From the NCBI GenBank assembly GCA_017560625.1, contig JAFZEP010000093.1, forward strand, positions 1-49,984: a stretch of DNA of 49,984 nucleotides. Reading direction: 5' to 3'. The stretch is from Bacteroidales bacterium. Lineage in GTDB: Bacteria; Bacteroidota; Bacteroidia; Bacteroidales; UBA932. The notes under the pieces were generated by a model, which had not been told where the DNA came from, did no database searches, and saw only the letters and a program-made list of their open reading frames with translations. A program made the translations under genes and the position numbers. Of this stretch, positions 1-9,572 are shown in pieces (positions within the stretch are counted from its first letter, which is position 1; every line of letters starts with the position of its first letter).

Positions 1-595
1 CCAGCATGTGAGCTACGTGAGCTGTCACGACGACCACTGTCTGCGTGACCGTCTTGAAGAGGCTACAGACGCAACAGAGGCTGAGCGTCTTGCAATGGTG
101 AAGCTCGCTCAGACAGCAGTATACACATCACAGGGTATTCCGTTCATCTTTGCCGGTGAGGAACTTTACCGTCACAAGCAGGGCGTGAAGAACAGCTACA
201 ACCAGCCAGACAGCATCAATGCTACCGACTGGACATACAAGACACAGTATAAGGATCTCGTTGACTACTATGCAGCACTCGCAGCAATCCGTCATGCACA
301 TCCGGGCTTCTGTCTTGGCGATGCCGAGCTCGTACGTGAGAAGCTTGAGTTCATCGATGTTGAGGAGCCATGTGTAGTTGCATTCCGCATCAACAATCTT
401 GAGGGCATCGACTCAGCGAAGTCGCTCACAGTGCTTCTCAACGGTTCTAAGAAGCCTGTAGCTATCAACATCCCTGAGGGACAGTATATTGTGCTCGCTC
501 AGAACGGACAGGCTGATGTTGACGGTCTGGCTGCATACACAGGCAATACAATCATCGCAGGATCTACCTCAGCAACTATCCTTGTAGAGGAGTAG
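1..595 (+). CDS. pulA: Type I pullulanase (GH13), C-terminal part; 5'-truncated by the window edge
   Basis: YVSCHDD, SQGIPFIFAGEE and K.GV.NSYNQPDSIN..DW motifs typical of type I pullulanases; stop TAG at 593-595. Confidence 0.88.
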   Translation, partial: QHVSYVSCHDDHCLRDRLEEATDATEAERLAMVKLAQTAVYTSQGIPFIFAGEELYRHKQGVKNSYNQPDSINATDWTYKTQYKDLVDYYAALAAIRHAHPGFCLGDAELVREKLEFIDVEEPCVVAFRINNLEGIDSAKSLTVLLNGSKKPVAINIPEGQYIVLAQNGQADVDGLAAYTGNTIIAGSTSATILVEE

Positions 596-792
596 CACAG
601 CCTTCGATAGAAAATCAAGTAGCACAAACCATAAACAGAAAATATAATCGTTCAAAGTTTGAGCGAAGCGATGGTAAGTCCTTTCCCCGAGGGAAAGGAT
701 TTAGGATAGGGGTAACGTAGATATATTTTTCATATTTCTGCACAGCCTTCGATAGAAAATCAAGTAGCACAAACCATAAACAGAAAATATAA
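595..792. repeat. Exact 53-bp direct repeat (595-647 and 740-792) flanking a 92-bp hairpin-containing spacer
   Basis: gcacagccttcgatagaaaatcaagtagcacaaaccataaacagaaaatataa occurs twice; the spacer holds tcctttccc-cga-gggaaagga (679-699). Confidence 0.95.
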
Positions 793-803
793 CGTTAAAA
801 AAT

Positions 804-2033
804 ATGAAGAATCTAATTTTTACCATCTGCGCTGCATTCATGGTGCTTGCATGTGCTCCGAAGGAGGCAGCTGCGCCTGCACAGCAGCCCCTTGCAAATT
901 CAGTAGTATACGAAATGAATGTCCGTCAGTACACTCCTGAGGGAACATTCGCAGCTGCTCAGAACGAGCTTCCTCGCCTTGCTGAAATGGGCGTGGACAT
1001 CCTTTGGCTCATGCCTATCTATCCGATCGGCGTTGAGGGACGCAAGGGTGAGCTCGGATCATACTATGCAGTGAAGAACTACTGCGACATCAACCCTGAG
1101 TTCGGTACACTCGCAGATTTCGACAACTTCCTCGCAGAGGCTCACAGACTCGGTCTCCGCGTGATCATCGACTGGGTGGCAAACCACACTTCTCCAGACG
1201 CTGTGTGGGTGACAGGCAAGCCAGCGGATTGGTATGAGCGTGATGCAGAGGGCAATACAACATTCACAGCAGACTGGTCAGACACAGCGAACCTCAACTA
1301 TGAGAACAAGGAGGTATGGAACGGCATGGCGCAGTCAATGCGTTTCTGGATGGAGCGCGGCATCGACGGTTTCCGTTGCGACATGGCTTGTGAGGTTCCG
1401 CTCGAGTTCTGGCAGGAGACTATCGCCGGCCTTCGTGCAGACTATCCGAACATGTATATGCTTGCAGAGGGTGAGGAGCCGCTTCTCCACACACTTTCGG
1501 GCTTCAACTCTTCATATTCATGGGAACTTCACCACATGATGAACGCTATCGCTCGTGGTGAGCAGAACATCCCAGAACTCCTCGCATACCTTGAGAAGGA
1601 TGCTGCAAGACATCCAGCAGAGGCTTTCCGCCTTATGTTCACATCAAACCACGATGAGAACTCATGGGCAGGTACAGAGTTCGAGAGAATGGGTGATGCA
1701 GCAAAGCTTATGGCCGTTCTTACATTTACTCTCCCTGGTGGTCAGCCGCTCATCTACACTGGTCAGGAGATCGGATGGAACAAGAGATTCGAGTTCTTCC
1801 AGCATGATCCTGTTCCAGCATGGGAGAAGAACGAATACTATGAGTTCTACAAAGGCCTCATCGAGATCCGTCACAACAACCCTGCACTCGCTGCAGGAGC
1901 AGAAGGCGGTGCGTTCGAGGTCGTTTCTGCTGAGGACAGCGTACTCGTGTTCACTCGTACACTTCCTGAGAACAAGGTAACTGTAAAGGCAGAGCTCAAG
2001 GCTCCATGGTCATACGAAATCACAGTCGAGTAA
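804..2033 (+). CDS. GH13 alpha-amylase family lipoprotein
   Basis: Lipobox VLAC; GH13 regions DWVANHT, DGFRCDMA (nucleophile), LAEG and FTSNHDEN. Confidence 0.9.
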   Translation: MKNLIFTICAAFMVLACAPKEAAAPAQQPLANSVVYEMNVRQYTPEGTFAAAQNELPRLAEMGVDILWLMPIYPIGVEGRKGELGSYYAVKNYCDINPEFGTLADFDNFLAEAHRLGLRVIIDWVANHTSPDAVWVTGKPADWYERDAEGNTTFTADWSDTANLNYENKEVWNGMAQSMRFWMERGIDGFRCDMACEVPLEFWQETIAGLRADYPNMYMLAEGEEPLLHTLSGFNSSYSWELHHMMNAIARGEQNIPELLAYLEKDAARHPAEAFRLMFTSNHDENSWAGTEFERMGDAAKLMAVLTFTLPGGQPLIYTGQEIGWNKRFEFFQHDPVPAWEKNEYYEFYKGLIEIRHNNPALAAGAEGGAFEVVSAEDSVLVFTRTLPENKVTVKAELKAPWSYEITVE

Positions 2034-3964
2034 TGAAAAAGACATTAATATCACTATTGACAATAGCTGCCCTTGCAGCATGCCAGGGCCCGGCTTTCGA
2101 TCCTTCAACCGTAGCTGACGCAACTGCAGAGCAGGTTACCCGCGTAGAGCCGCTCTCATGGTGGGTGGGCTTGAAGACCGATCTTCAGCTCATGGTCCAG
2201 GGAGCAGGTATATCTGAATATGACGTCACAATCGAGGGCGGCAAGGGAGTGTCAGTCGAGAAGATCAACAAGGCAGAAAGCCCTAACTACCTCTTCGTAG
2301 ATGTGAAGGTCGCTGCAAATGCACAGCCTGGCACATACTACATCGTATTCTCAAAGGATGGCGAGTCATTCAAGTATCCATACGAGATCGCGGCACGTGC
2401 TGAGGGTTCTGCAGAGCGCACCAGCTTCACAACAGCCGACATGGTGTATCTCATTATGCCAGACCGCTTTGCAAACGGCGATCCTTCAAATGACTCTACA
2501 GCTGACACAGCAGAAGATGCAGACCGCACAACAGGCGGCGGACGTCACGGCGGTGACATCCAGGGTGTGATCGACCACCTCGACTACATCAGCGAACTCG
2601 GTGCAACATACATCTGGACTACTCCATTCCTTGAGGACAACGATCCTCAGGGATCATATCATGGATATGCCGCTTCAGACTACTATCACATCGACTCTCG
2701 CTTCGGCTCGAACGAGCTTTACAAGGAGCTCGTAGACAAGGCTCGCGAGAAGGGCATCGGCATCATCATGGACATCGTTCCTAACCACTGCAGCTATGTG
2801 CACTGGTGGATGAACGACCTTCCGTTCCAGGATTGGGTACATCAGTTCGACACATACACAGGTACAAACGTGGCGTTCTCTACCAACATGGACCCTAACG
2901 CTTCTACAAAGGACCTTTACATCCAGGAGAGCGGCTGGTTCGTTCCTACAATGGTGGATATGAACCTCGACAATCCGTATGTGCTCCAGTATTTCATACA
3001 GTGGGGAGTATGGTGGATCGAGTATTCAGGTCTCAACGGATTCCGAGTAGACACATATCCATACAACGAGAAGAATCCTGCAGCAGAGTGGTGCAAGGCT
3101 ATCATGAACGAGTATCCTAACTTCAATATTGTAGGTGAGTGCTGGACTTCGTCTATCCCTCAGCTTGCATACTGGCAGGGCGGCAACGCCAACAAGGACG
3201 GCTTCGACTCGCACCTTCCTTCAATCATGGACTTCCCGCTTCACGACGCTATGCGTGACGCTCTCGACGAGGACTACGGCGGATGGGGAGCCGGCATGAG
3301 CAAGGTGTACGACATCCTTTCACACGACTTTGTATACCACGACCTTTCGAAGATGCTCATCTTCCCTGGCAACCACGATACAGCCCGTATCGGTGACTGC
3401 GTACGCAAGGATCCGCGTGCCCTCAAGCTTGCCATGACAATGATGGCTACTATGCGAGGCATCCCTCAGATCTTTGCCGGTGACGAGCTCATGTTCGTCT
3501 CGACAAACCCTGGCAACATCGGTGACCATCCTGGTCTCCGCGTTGACTTCCCAGGTGGATGGGAGGGCGACCAGATCGACCTTTTCACAGATGAAGGCCG
3601 TAAGGCACAGACACATAACACTGACGGTCTCGAGGTCGAGAAGGGCCAGGCAGCTGATCTCTTCGACTATGTAAGCCGTCTCTTCCAGTGGAGAAAGACC
3701 AAGGAGGTCATCCACAACGGCATGACAGTGCATTTCATGACACGTGACAATACATACGCTTACTTCCGTTATAACGAAACTGACGCTGTTTTCGTATATA
3801 TCAATAACAACCTTGAGGAAGTAAACGTTCCATGGACATACTATTCTGAGATTTCAGAAGGCCTTACAGCTGGTGTGAATGTCCTTACAGGTGAGCCTGT
3901 CGAGGTGTCTGATGCAACAGTAGTTGCGCCAAAGACCGCACTCGTAGTTGAATTCAAACGATAA
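2033..3964 (+). CDS. susA: SusA-like neopullulanase/cyclomaltodextrinase (GH13), lipoprotein
   Basis: Start moved to ATG 2033 (TAATG overlap with the upstream stop; MKKTLISLLTIAALAAC); N-terminal RVEPLSWWVG domain, YLIMPDRFANGD, GFRVDTYPY, GECW and NHD motifs. Confidence 0.87.
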   Translation: MKKTLISLLTIAALAACQGPAFDPSTVADATAEQVTRVEPLSWWVGLKTDLQLMVQGAGISEYDVTIEGGKGVSVEKINKAESPNYLFVDVKVAANAQPGTYYIVFSKDGESFKYPYEIAARAEGSAERTSFTTADMVYLIMPDRFANGDPSNDSTADTAEDADRTTGGGRHGGDIQGVIDHLDYISELGATYIWTTPFLEDNDPQGSYHGYAASDYYHIDSRFGSNELYKELVDKAREKGIGIIMDIVPNHCSYVHWWMNDLPFQDWVHQFDTYTGTNVAFSTNMDPNASTKDLYIQESGWFVPTMVDMNLDNPYVLQYFIQWGVWWIEYSGLNGFRVDTYPYNEKNPAAEWCKAIMNEYPNFNIVGECWTSSIPQLAYWQGGNANKDGFDSHLPSIMDFPLHDAMRDALDEDYGGWGAGMSKVYDILSHDFVYHDLSKMLIFPGNHDTARIGDCVRKDPRALKLAMTMMATMRGIPQIFAGDELMFVSTNPGNIGDHPGLRVDFPGGWEGDQIDLFTDEGRKAQTHNTDGLEVEKGQAADLFDYVSRLFQWRKTKEVIHNGMTVHFMTRDNTYAYFRYNETDAVFVYINNNLEEVNVPWTYYSEISEGLTAGVNVLTGEPVEVSDATVVAPKTALVVEFKR

Positions 3965-3979
3965 TAATATCAACACTAT

Positions 3980-6178
3980 ATGAAAAGAATATTAATAGCA
4001 CTATCGATCGCCCTTCTCGCAGTGAGCTGCGCACAGAAGGAGCAGGTGGTGACTGATGTCAACACACTTCAGTCTCCAGATGGAAAGCTTGAAATGACTT
4101 TCCACCTTACAGAGGCAGGTACACCTCAGTATGCCCTCACTTATGAAGGCAAGGACATCGTCCTCCCGTCAAACCTCGGTTTCGAGATGCGTGGAGTCCT
4201 CAAGGCTCAGAAACTCATCTACAATGCAGACGGAACAATCTCTAAGGAGGACCGTGAGGACTGCTACTCGTTTGCAGAAGGATTCGCTGTAGAGAGCGTT
4301 GAGACTGCTTCATACAATGAGCCATGGTACCCGGTATGGGGTGAGGAAGAGGTGATTGAGGAGAACTACAACGAGCTTCTCGTAAACCTCGTTCAGACAT
4401 CTTCAGATAAGAAGATGAGCGTACGCTTCCGTCTTTTCAACGACGGTCTCGGCTTCCGTTATGAGTTCCCATATCAGGCAAAGCTCAGCTACTTTGTGAT
4501 CAAGGAGGAGTTGACTCAGTTCGCAATGGCAGGCGACCACACAGCATGGTGGATTCCAGGTGACTACGACACTCAGGAGTACAACTTCACAGAGTCTCGC
4601 CTCACTGAGATCGCAGGCAAGATGCAGCAGGCTGTAAACCCTAACGACTCGCAGACTCCTTACTCTGTAAACGGCGTTCAGACATCACTCCAGATGCGTT
4701 CTGACGACGGCATCTACATCAACATCCACGAGGCTGCTCTCCTTGACTATCCATGTATGCACCTCGAGCTTGATCCTGAGACACTTACTTTCGTGTCACA
4801 CCTTACTCCTGATGCACAGGGATGGAAGGGTCGCATGCAGACCCCTTGCAACACTCCTTGGCGTACAGTTCAGGTGGCTCCAAGCGCAACAGCTCAGCTC
4901 GCTTCACGTCTGATCCTCAACCTCAACGAGCCTTGCGCTCTTGAGAGCACAGACTGGATCAAGCCAGTGAAGTACATCGGAATCTGGTGGGAGATGATCT
5001 CAGGCAAGGGTTCATGGTCATATACAAACGATTTCGCTTCAGTTCAGCTCGGCGTTACTGACTATGCTTCAGCAACTCCAAACGGCACTCACTCAGCAAA
5101 CAACGAGAAGGTTCGCCGCTATGTTGACTTCGCTGCTGAGCATGGTTTCGACCAGGTGCTCGTAGAGGGCTGGAACGAAGGCTGGGAAGACTGGGCAAAC
5201 TGCAACAAGGACTATGTCTTCGATTTCGTGACTCCATATCCTGACTTCGACATCGAGGCTCTCAACGAGTATGCACACTCTAAGGGAGTACGCCTGATGA
5301 TGCACCACGAGACTTCGTCTTCAGTGCGCAACTACGAGCGTCACCTCGATCAGGCACTCGAGCTCATGGACAAGTATGGCTACAACTCTATCAAGAGCGG
5401 TTATGTAGGTGACATCCTTCCTATCGGCGAGCACCACTACAGCCAGTCTCTCATCAACCACTACATGTATGTTGTGAAGAAGGCTGCAGAGCACAAGGTA
5501 ATGCTCAACGGCCACGAGATGGTGCGTCCTACAGGTCTCTGCCGTACATATCCTAACCTCATCGGTTCGGAGTCTGCCCGCGGTACTGAGTACCAGGCAT
5601 TCGGCGGTACAATGCCTCACCACGTGACTATCCTTCCGTTTACACGTCTCAACGGTGGTCCTATGGACTACACTCCTGGTATCTTCCGCATGGATCTTGC
5701 CGAGGTTACTGGCGGAAAGAACACTTCATGGGTAAATGCAACTCTCGCTAACCAGCTTGCTCTCTATGTGACTCTCTACTCTCCACTCCAGATGGCTGCT
5801 GACCTTCCTGAGCACTATGCTCAGGATATGAATGCGTTCCAGTTCATCAAGGACGTAGACGTAGACTGGAAGCAGTCCAAGTACCTCCTCGCTGAGCCAG
5901 GTGAGTATGTCGTTATCGCTCGACAGGGCAAGAAGAACGGCCAGTGGTTCTGCGGTGGTGTGACAGACGACAATGCACGCACTCTTGAGGTTCCGATGAA
6001 CTTCCTCGAGGCAGGCAAGACATATGAGGCTACAATCTACGCTGATGCTGCTGATGCACACTACAGGAACAACCCACGTGCATACCAGATCGAGAAGAAG
6101 ACAGTAACATCTGAAGATGTTCTTCCGATCTACACTGCACCAGGCGGTGGATTTGCAATCTCATTCCTCGAGAAATAA
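3980..6178 (+). CDS. susB: GH97 alpha-glucosidase (SusB-like)
   Basis: WIKPVKYIGIWWEM, LVEGWNEGWED, MHHETS, ESARGTEY, GPMDYTPGIF and YSPLQMAADLPE GH97 motifs; lies next to a susA-like gene. Confidence 0.93.
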   Translation: MKRILIALSIALLAVSCAQKEQVVTDVNTLQSPDGKLEMTFHLTEAGTPQYALTYEGKDIVLPSNLGFEMRGVLKAQKLIYNADGTISKEDREDCYSFAEGFAVESVETASYNEPWYPVWGEEEVIEENYNELLVNLVQTSSDKKMSVRFRLFNDGLGFRYEFPYQAKLSYFVIKEELTQFAMAGDHTAWWIPGDYDTQEYNFTESRLTEIAGKMQQAVNPNDSQTPYSVNGVQTSLQMRSDDGIYINIHEAALLDYPCMHLELDPETLTFVSHLTPDAQGWKGRMQTPCNTPWRTVQVAPSATAQLASRLILNLNEPCALESTDWIKPVKYIGIWWEMISGKGSWSYTNDFASVQLGVTDYASATPNGTHSANNEKVRRYVDFAAEHGFDQVLVEGWNEGWEDWANCNKDYVFDFVTPYPDFDIEALNEYAHSKGVRLMMHHETSSSVRNYERHLDQALELMDKYGYNSIKSGYVGDILPIGEHHYSQSLINHYMYVVKKAAEHKVMLNGHEMVRPTGLCRTYPNLIGSESARGTEYQAFGGTMPHHVTILPFTRLNGGPMDYTPGIFRMDLAEVTGGKNTSWVNATLANQLALYVTLYSPLQMAADLPEHYAQDMNAFQFIKDVDVDWKQSKYLLAEPGEYVVIARQGKKNGQWFCGGVTDDNARTLEVPMNFLEAGKTYEATIYADAADAHYRNNPRAYQIEKKTVTSEDVLPIYTAPGGGFAISFLEK

Positions 6179-6187
6179 ATATCACGG

Positions 6188-6220
6188 ATAAAAGGTCGCC
6201 TGATCAAGGCGACCTTTTAT
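6188..6220. terminator. Bidirectional intrinsic terminator
   Basis: ataaaaggtcgcct-gatca-aggcgaccttttat between convergent genes. Confidence 0.88.
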
Positions 6221-6822
6221 TATTCTGCAAATTCACGTTCGATCTCGTCAAGCCAGAGCCAACGTTTCTCGTCTCCCACCTGCTTGACCATGTTGAGGCT
6301 GATCCATCTGATGTCGTGGATGCCTATCTGGTTGAAAGTACCTTTGATCAGCGAGCCTTCTATCGAGTTGTTGAACGTGCTTTCGTAGATGGCGGAAGGT
6401 GTGTTCATGGTCGTGATGATGACAACCTGCTTCAGTCTTGAAAGCATGGAAACAAGTTTTCCTCCTTCCATCTTGTACACCATGCCGGGGAAGATTACCT
6501 TGTCCACAAAACCCTTCATCATGGCCGGCATCGTCATCCACCAGATCGGGAAGATCATCACGATGCGTTCTGCCCATCTCATCTTGTCTACATAAGTACG
6601 CACAAGAGGGTCTATGCCTTCGATCTCCGTGCCGTCATTCTTTCCGCCTTGGACAAATGCTCCGAGGTCCTTTTCCCGCATGACGGGATCAAAGCCGTCT
6701 GCATCCAGGTTGATCAGTTTGTAGCGGTGTCCTCCGTTTTCCAGACCGGTCTGTACGGCATCGCGGATGGCACTGCAGAAACTTCCTTCATGTGGGTGAT
6801 TATAAATTATTAGAGTCTTCAT
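6220..6822 (-). CDS. NAD(P)H-dependent oxidoreductase, flavodoxin-like fold (MdaB/KefF-type)
   Basis: MKTLIIYNHPHEGSF start; FPIWWMTMPAMMKGFVDKV motif; start placed at 6822. Confidence 0.85.
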   Translation of the reverse strand: MKTLIIYNHPHEGSFCSAIRDAVQTGLENGGHRYKLINLDADGFDPVMREKDLGAFVQGGKNDGTEIEGIDPLVRTYVDKMRWAERIVMIFPIWWMTMPAMMKGFVDKVIFPGMVYKMEGGKLVSMLSRLKQVVIITTMNTPSAIYESTFNNSIEGSLIKGTFNQIGIHDIRWISLNMVKQVGDEKRWLWLDEIEREFAE

Positions 6823-6889
6823 ATAGCCTTTGATTTTAAAATCCATCCGGACTATGCAAGAGCTTGACCAAAGTCTCTGACTTTTTTAT

Positions 6890-6897
6890 TATATTTG
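6890..6897 (+). promoter_or_regulatory. Bacteroidetes sigma-A -7 element for the aminotransferase operon
   Basis: TATATTTG (TAnnTTTG) 28 nt before ATG 6926. Confidence 0.55.
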
Positions 6898-6925
6898 GTG
6901 CGGCATCTCCCCGCCAAACGAAATT

Positions 6926-8233
6926 ATGGGACTTCCTATCGATAAAAATGTCTACAACTCCTTATTGGAGCAGATGGATATTCTCGACATCTCTTGTGCG
7001 ACTATCCGTCAGTCTGGTGCAATTGCAAAGGCTCTCGAACAGCAGAGCGGCACAGAATTCCTTCATCTTGAAATGGGTATACCGGGTCTTCCGCCCGTGC
7101 GTGTGGGCATAGAGGCCGAAAAGCAGGCGCTTGACTCCGGCGTGGCCTCGCAATACCCAAACATCTATGGCATTCCAAAACTCAAAGAGCAGGCCTCCCG
7201 CTTTCTGAAGGCCTATCTGGACATTGATGTCAACCCGCTGGGCTGTGTGCCTACAGTGGGATCGATGCAGGGCAGCTTCTCCACATTCCTGCTCTGTGCG
7301 CATCTGCAGGAGGGAAAGGACACAATCCTTTTCATCGATCCGGGCTTTCCTGTACAGCGTACCCAGACCCGTATTCTCGGAATCGCAAGCGATTCCTTCG
7401 ATATCTATGATTTCCGCGGAGAAAAACTGGGTCCGGAGCTTGAGCGCCATCTTGCCACAGGCCGTATAGCCGCAATTATCTATTCCAGCCCGAACAATCC
7501 GGCATGGTTCAACCTTACAGAGGAGGAACTCAAGACCATAGGAGAACTTGCAACACAATATGATGCGATCGTCATCGAAGACCTGGCATACATGTGCATG
7601 GACTTCCGCAAGCCTCTAGGTCAGCCTTTCGAGCCTCCGTTTCAGCCTACAATCGCCAAGTATACAGATAATTACATCATCATGATGTCCGGTTCGAAGA
7701 TGTTCAGCTATGCCGGACAGCGTATTGCCATCATCGCTATCTCTGATGCCCTGTATCATAGGGAGTATCCATTGCTGCCGAAGTGGTACAAGATGTCGCG
7801 TCTGGGCGATGCTTACGTGTTTGCGGTGCTGTACGCGGTCTCTTCTGGAGCAACGCATTCAGCTCAGTATGCACTTGCGGAAATGCTTCGCGCTGCGTGC
7901 GACGGCGAGCTTGACTTTGTCACCTCCGCCGCAGAATATGCCCGCAGAGCAAAAATAAGCAAGAAGATATTCCTCGACAATGGCTTCCATATTGTCTACT
8001 CCATGGATGGCGATGAGCCTGTCAGTGACGGATTCTTCTACACCGTAGGCTACAAGGACATGTCAAGCGGAGACCTGATGGCAGAACTTATCCGTTATGG
8101 AATGGCTACAATCGCTCTTTCGACAACCGGAAGCCGCCAGCCGGGAGTGCGCATATGCGTGTCCCAACTCAACCGCCCGGAACAGTTTGATATGCTTGAA
8201 GAGCGCCTTGAACTTTTTGCTAAAGACCACTGA
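6926..8233 (+). CDS. PLP-dependent aminotransferase class I/II
   Basis: SPNNPAW, IEDLAY and SGSKMFSYAGQR (PLP lysine) motifs; C-terminal GVRIC arginine. Confidence 0.88.
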   Translation: MGLPIDKNVYNSLLEQMDILDISCATIRQSGAIAKALEQQSGTEFLHLEMGIPGLPPVRVGIEAEKQALDSGVASQYPNIYGIPKLKEQASRFLKAYLDIDVNPLGCVPTVGSMQGSFSTFLLCAHLQEGKDTILFIDPGFPVQRTQTRILGIASDSFDIYDFRGEKLGPELERHLATGRIAAIIYSSPNNPAWFNLTEEELKTIGELATQYDAIVIEDLAYMCMDFRKPLGQPFEPPFQPTIAKYTDNYIIMMSGSKMFSYAGQRIAIIAISDALYHREYPLLPKWYKMSRLGDAYVFAVLYAVSSGATHSAQYALAEMLRAACDGELDFVTSAAEYARRAKISKKIFLDNGFHIVYSMDGDEPVSDGFFYTVGYKDMSSGDLMAELIRYGMATIALSTTGSRQPGVRICVSQLNRPEQFDMLEERLELFAKDH

Positions 8234-8234
8234 T

Positions 8235-9530
8235 ATGAAGATAATGACAGCGGCCCAGGCCGTGCAACTTATAGAGTCTGGTGACAGTATATACATCCAG
8301 GGCAGTACGTCAGTCCCTGAAGTGCTTTCGCAGGCTTTGGCAGACAGGGGCAATGAACTCAGGAATGTGACCGTCTATGCGGCATTTGCCGTGGGAAGAT
8401 GTGATGCTCCATACTGCAGGCCGGAATACAAGGATGCGTTCAACATCAAGAGCCTTTTCGTGGCCAATAATGTGCGCAAGTGGCTGGCTCAGGGCTATGG
8501 CTCCACAATACCTGCGTTTTTGGGTGAGATTCCGGGCCTCTTCCGTGACGGAACTCTTCCTTTGGATGCTGTGTTCCTTAATGTCTCTCCTCCGAATGAG
8601 GACGGATATTGCTCGTATGGAATTTCTGCTGACCTTGCGGTCAGCGCTACGGAGTGTGCCAGGAAGAAGATCGTCCAGATCAACAAGGCGATGCCTTTCT
8701 CTTATGGTGATGCCCTCATACATGTGTCGGAAATCGATGCGGCAGTTGAGGTGGATGATCCTTTAGTTGAGGTCCCTACAGCGACTCCGACTGAGATAGA
8801 CAGTGCCATCGGCCGTCACATTGCAGAACTGATTCCCGACGGAGCGACCCTGCAGATCGGTGTGGGAGGCATCCCGAATGCTGTTCTGGCTGCTTTGAAG
8901 GATCATCAGCACCTCGGACTTCACACTGAGGCCCTTACCGACGGAGTGCTCCCGCTGCTGGAGAGCGGCGTGATCGACAATTCGTGCAAGACTGTCATGC
9001 CGGGCATTTCTGTGGCATCTCTTGCTTTGGGCTCGCGCAGACTGTACGATTATATGGACTATAGAGAGGATCTGCTGCTGAAGGATGTGGCATGGACGAA
9101 TGCACCGTTCCGCATAGCTCAGAATCCGAAGGTTATGTCGATCAATTCTGCTGTCGAGGTCGATCTTACCGGTCAGGTGTGTGCGGATTCGGTGGGCACA
9201 CGCATCATATCCGGAGTAGGAGGCCAGCATGATTTCATGTACGGAGGCTCGCTTTCGGAAGGAGGAAAGACTTTCATTGCGATCCCTTCGATGACTGAGA
9301 AGGGCGTATCCAAGATCAATCCTGTGCTGGCAGAGGGTGCAGGAGTCGTGACGACCCGTCATATGATTCAGAATATTGTCACAGAGTACGGTGTCGCACA
9401 GCTTCGCGGCAAGACTCTTGCAGAGCGTGCGCGTGCACTCATTGAAATCGCCCATCCATCAGTGCGGGAGGAACTTGACCGTGCTGCATTTGCCCGCTTC
9501 GGCCATGCATACCTTCGTGCGCAATTCTGA
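8235..9530 (+). CDS. Acetyl-CoA hydrolase/transferase family protein (4-hydroxybutyrate CoA-transferase-like)
   Basis: DGATLQIGVGGIPNAV, GLHTE, EVDLTGQVCADS, SGVGGQHDF and IVTEYGVA motifs; start at ATG 8235 immediately after the upstream stop. Confidence 0.9.
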   Translation: MKIMTAAQAVQLIESGDSIYIQGSTSVPEVLSQALADRGNELRNVTVYAAFAVGRCDAPYCRPEYKDAFNIKSLFVANNVRKWLAQGYGSTIPAFLGEIPGLFRDGTLPLDAVFLNVSPPNEDGYCSYGISADLAVSATECARKKIVQINKAMPFSYGDALIHVSEIDAAVEVDDPLVEVPTATPTEIDSAIGRHIAELIPDGATLQIGVGGIPNAVLAALKDHQHLGLHTEALTDGVLPLLESGVIDNSCKTVMPGISVASLALGSRRLYDYMDYREDLLLKDVAWTNAPFRIAQNPKVMSINSAVEVDLTGQVCADSVGTRIISGVGGQHDFMYGGSLSEGGKTFIAIPSMTEKGVSKINPVLAEGAGVVTTRHMIQNIVTEYGVAQLRGKTLAERARALIEIAHPSVREELDRAAFARFGHAYLRAQF

Positions 9531-9539
9531 AATATTTTG

Positions 9540-9547
9540 TAAATTTG
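9540..9547 (+). promoter_or_regulatory. -7 promoter element for uvrA
   Basis: TAAATTTG 25 nt upstream of ATG 9573. Confidence 0.55.
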
Positions 9548-9572
9548 TAGACTGTCTGCAGATAAGCGTAGA

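Noticed and set aside
595-792. Direct repeat as a CRISPR array
   Set aside because: Only two copies, a 53-bp repeat with a 92-bp spacer, and no cas genes in the window.
8097-8234. N-terminal extension of the CoA-transferase ORF
   Set aside because: Overlaps the aminotransferase; the family-like sequence starts at ATG 8235.
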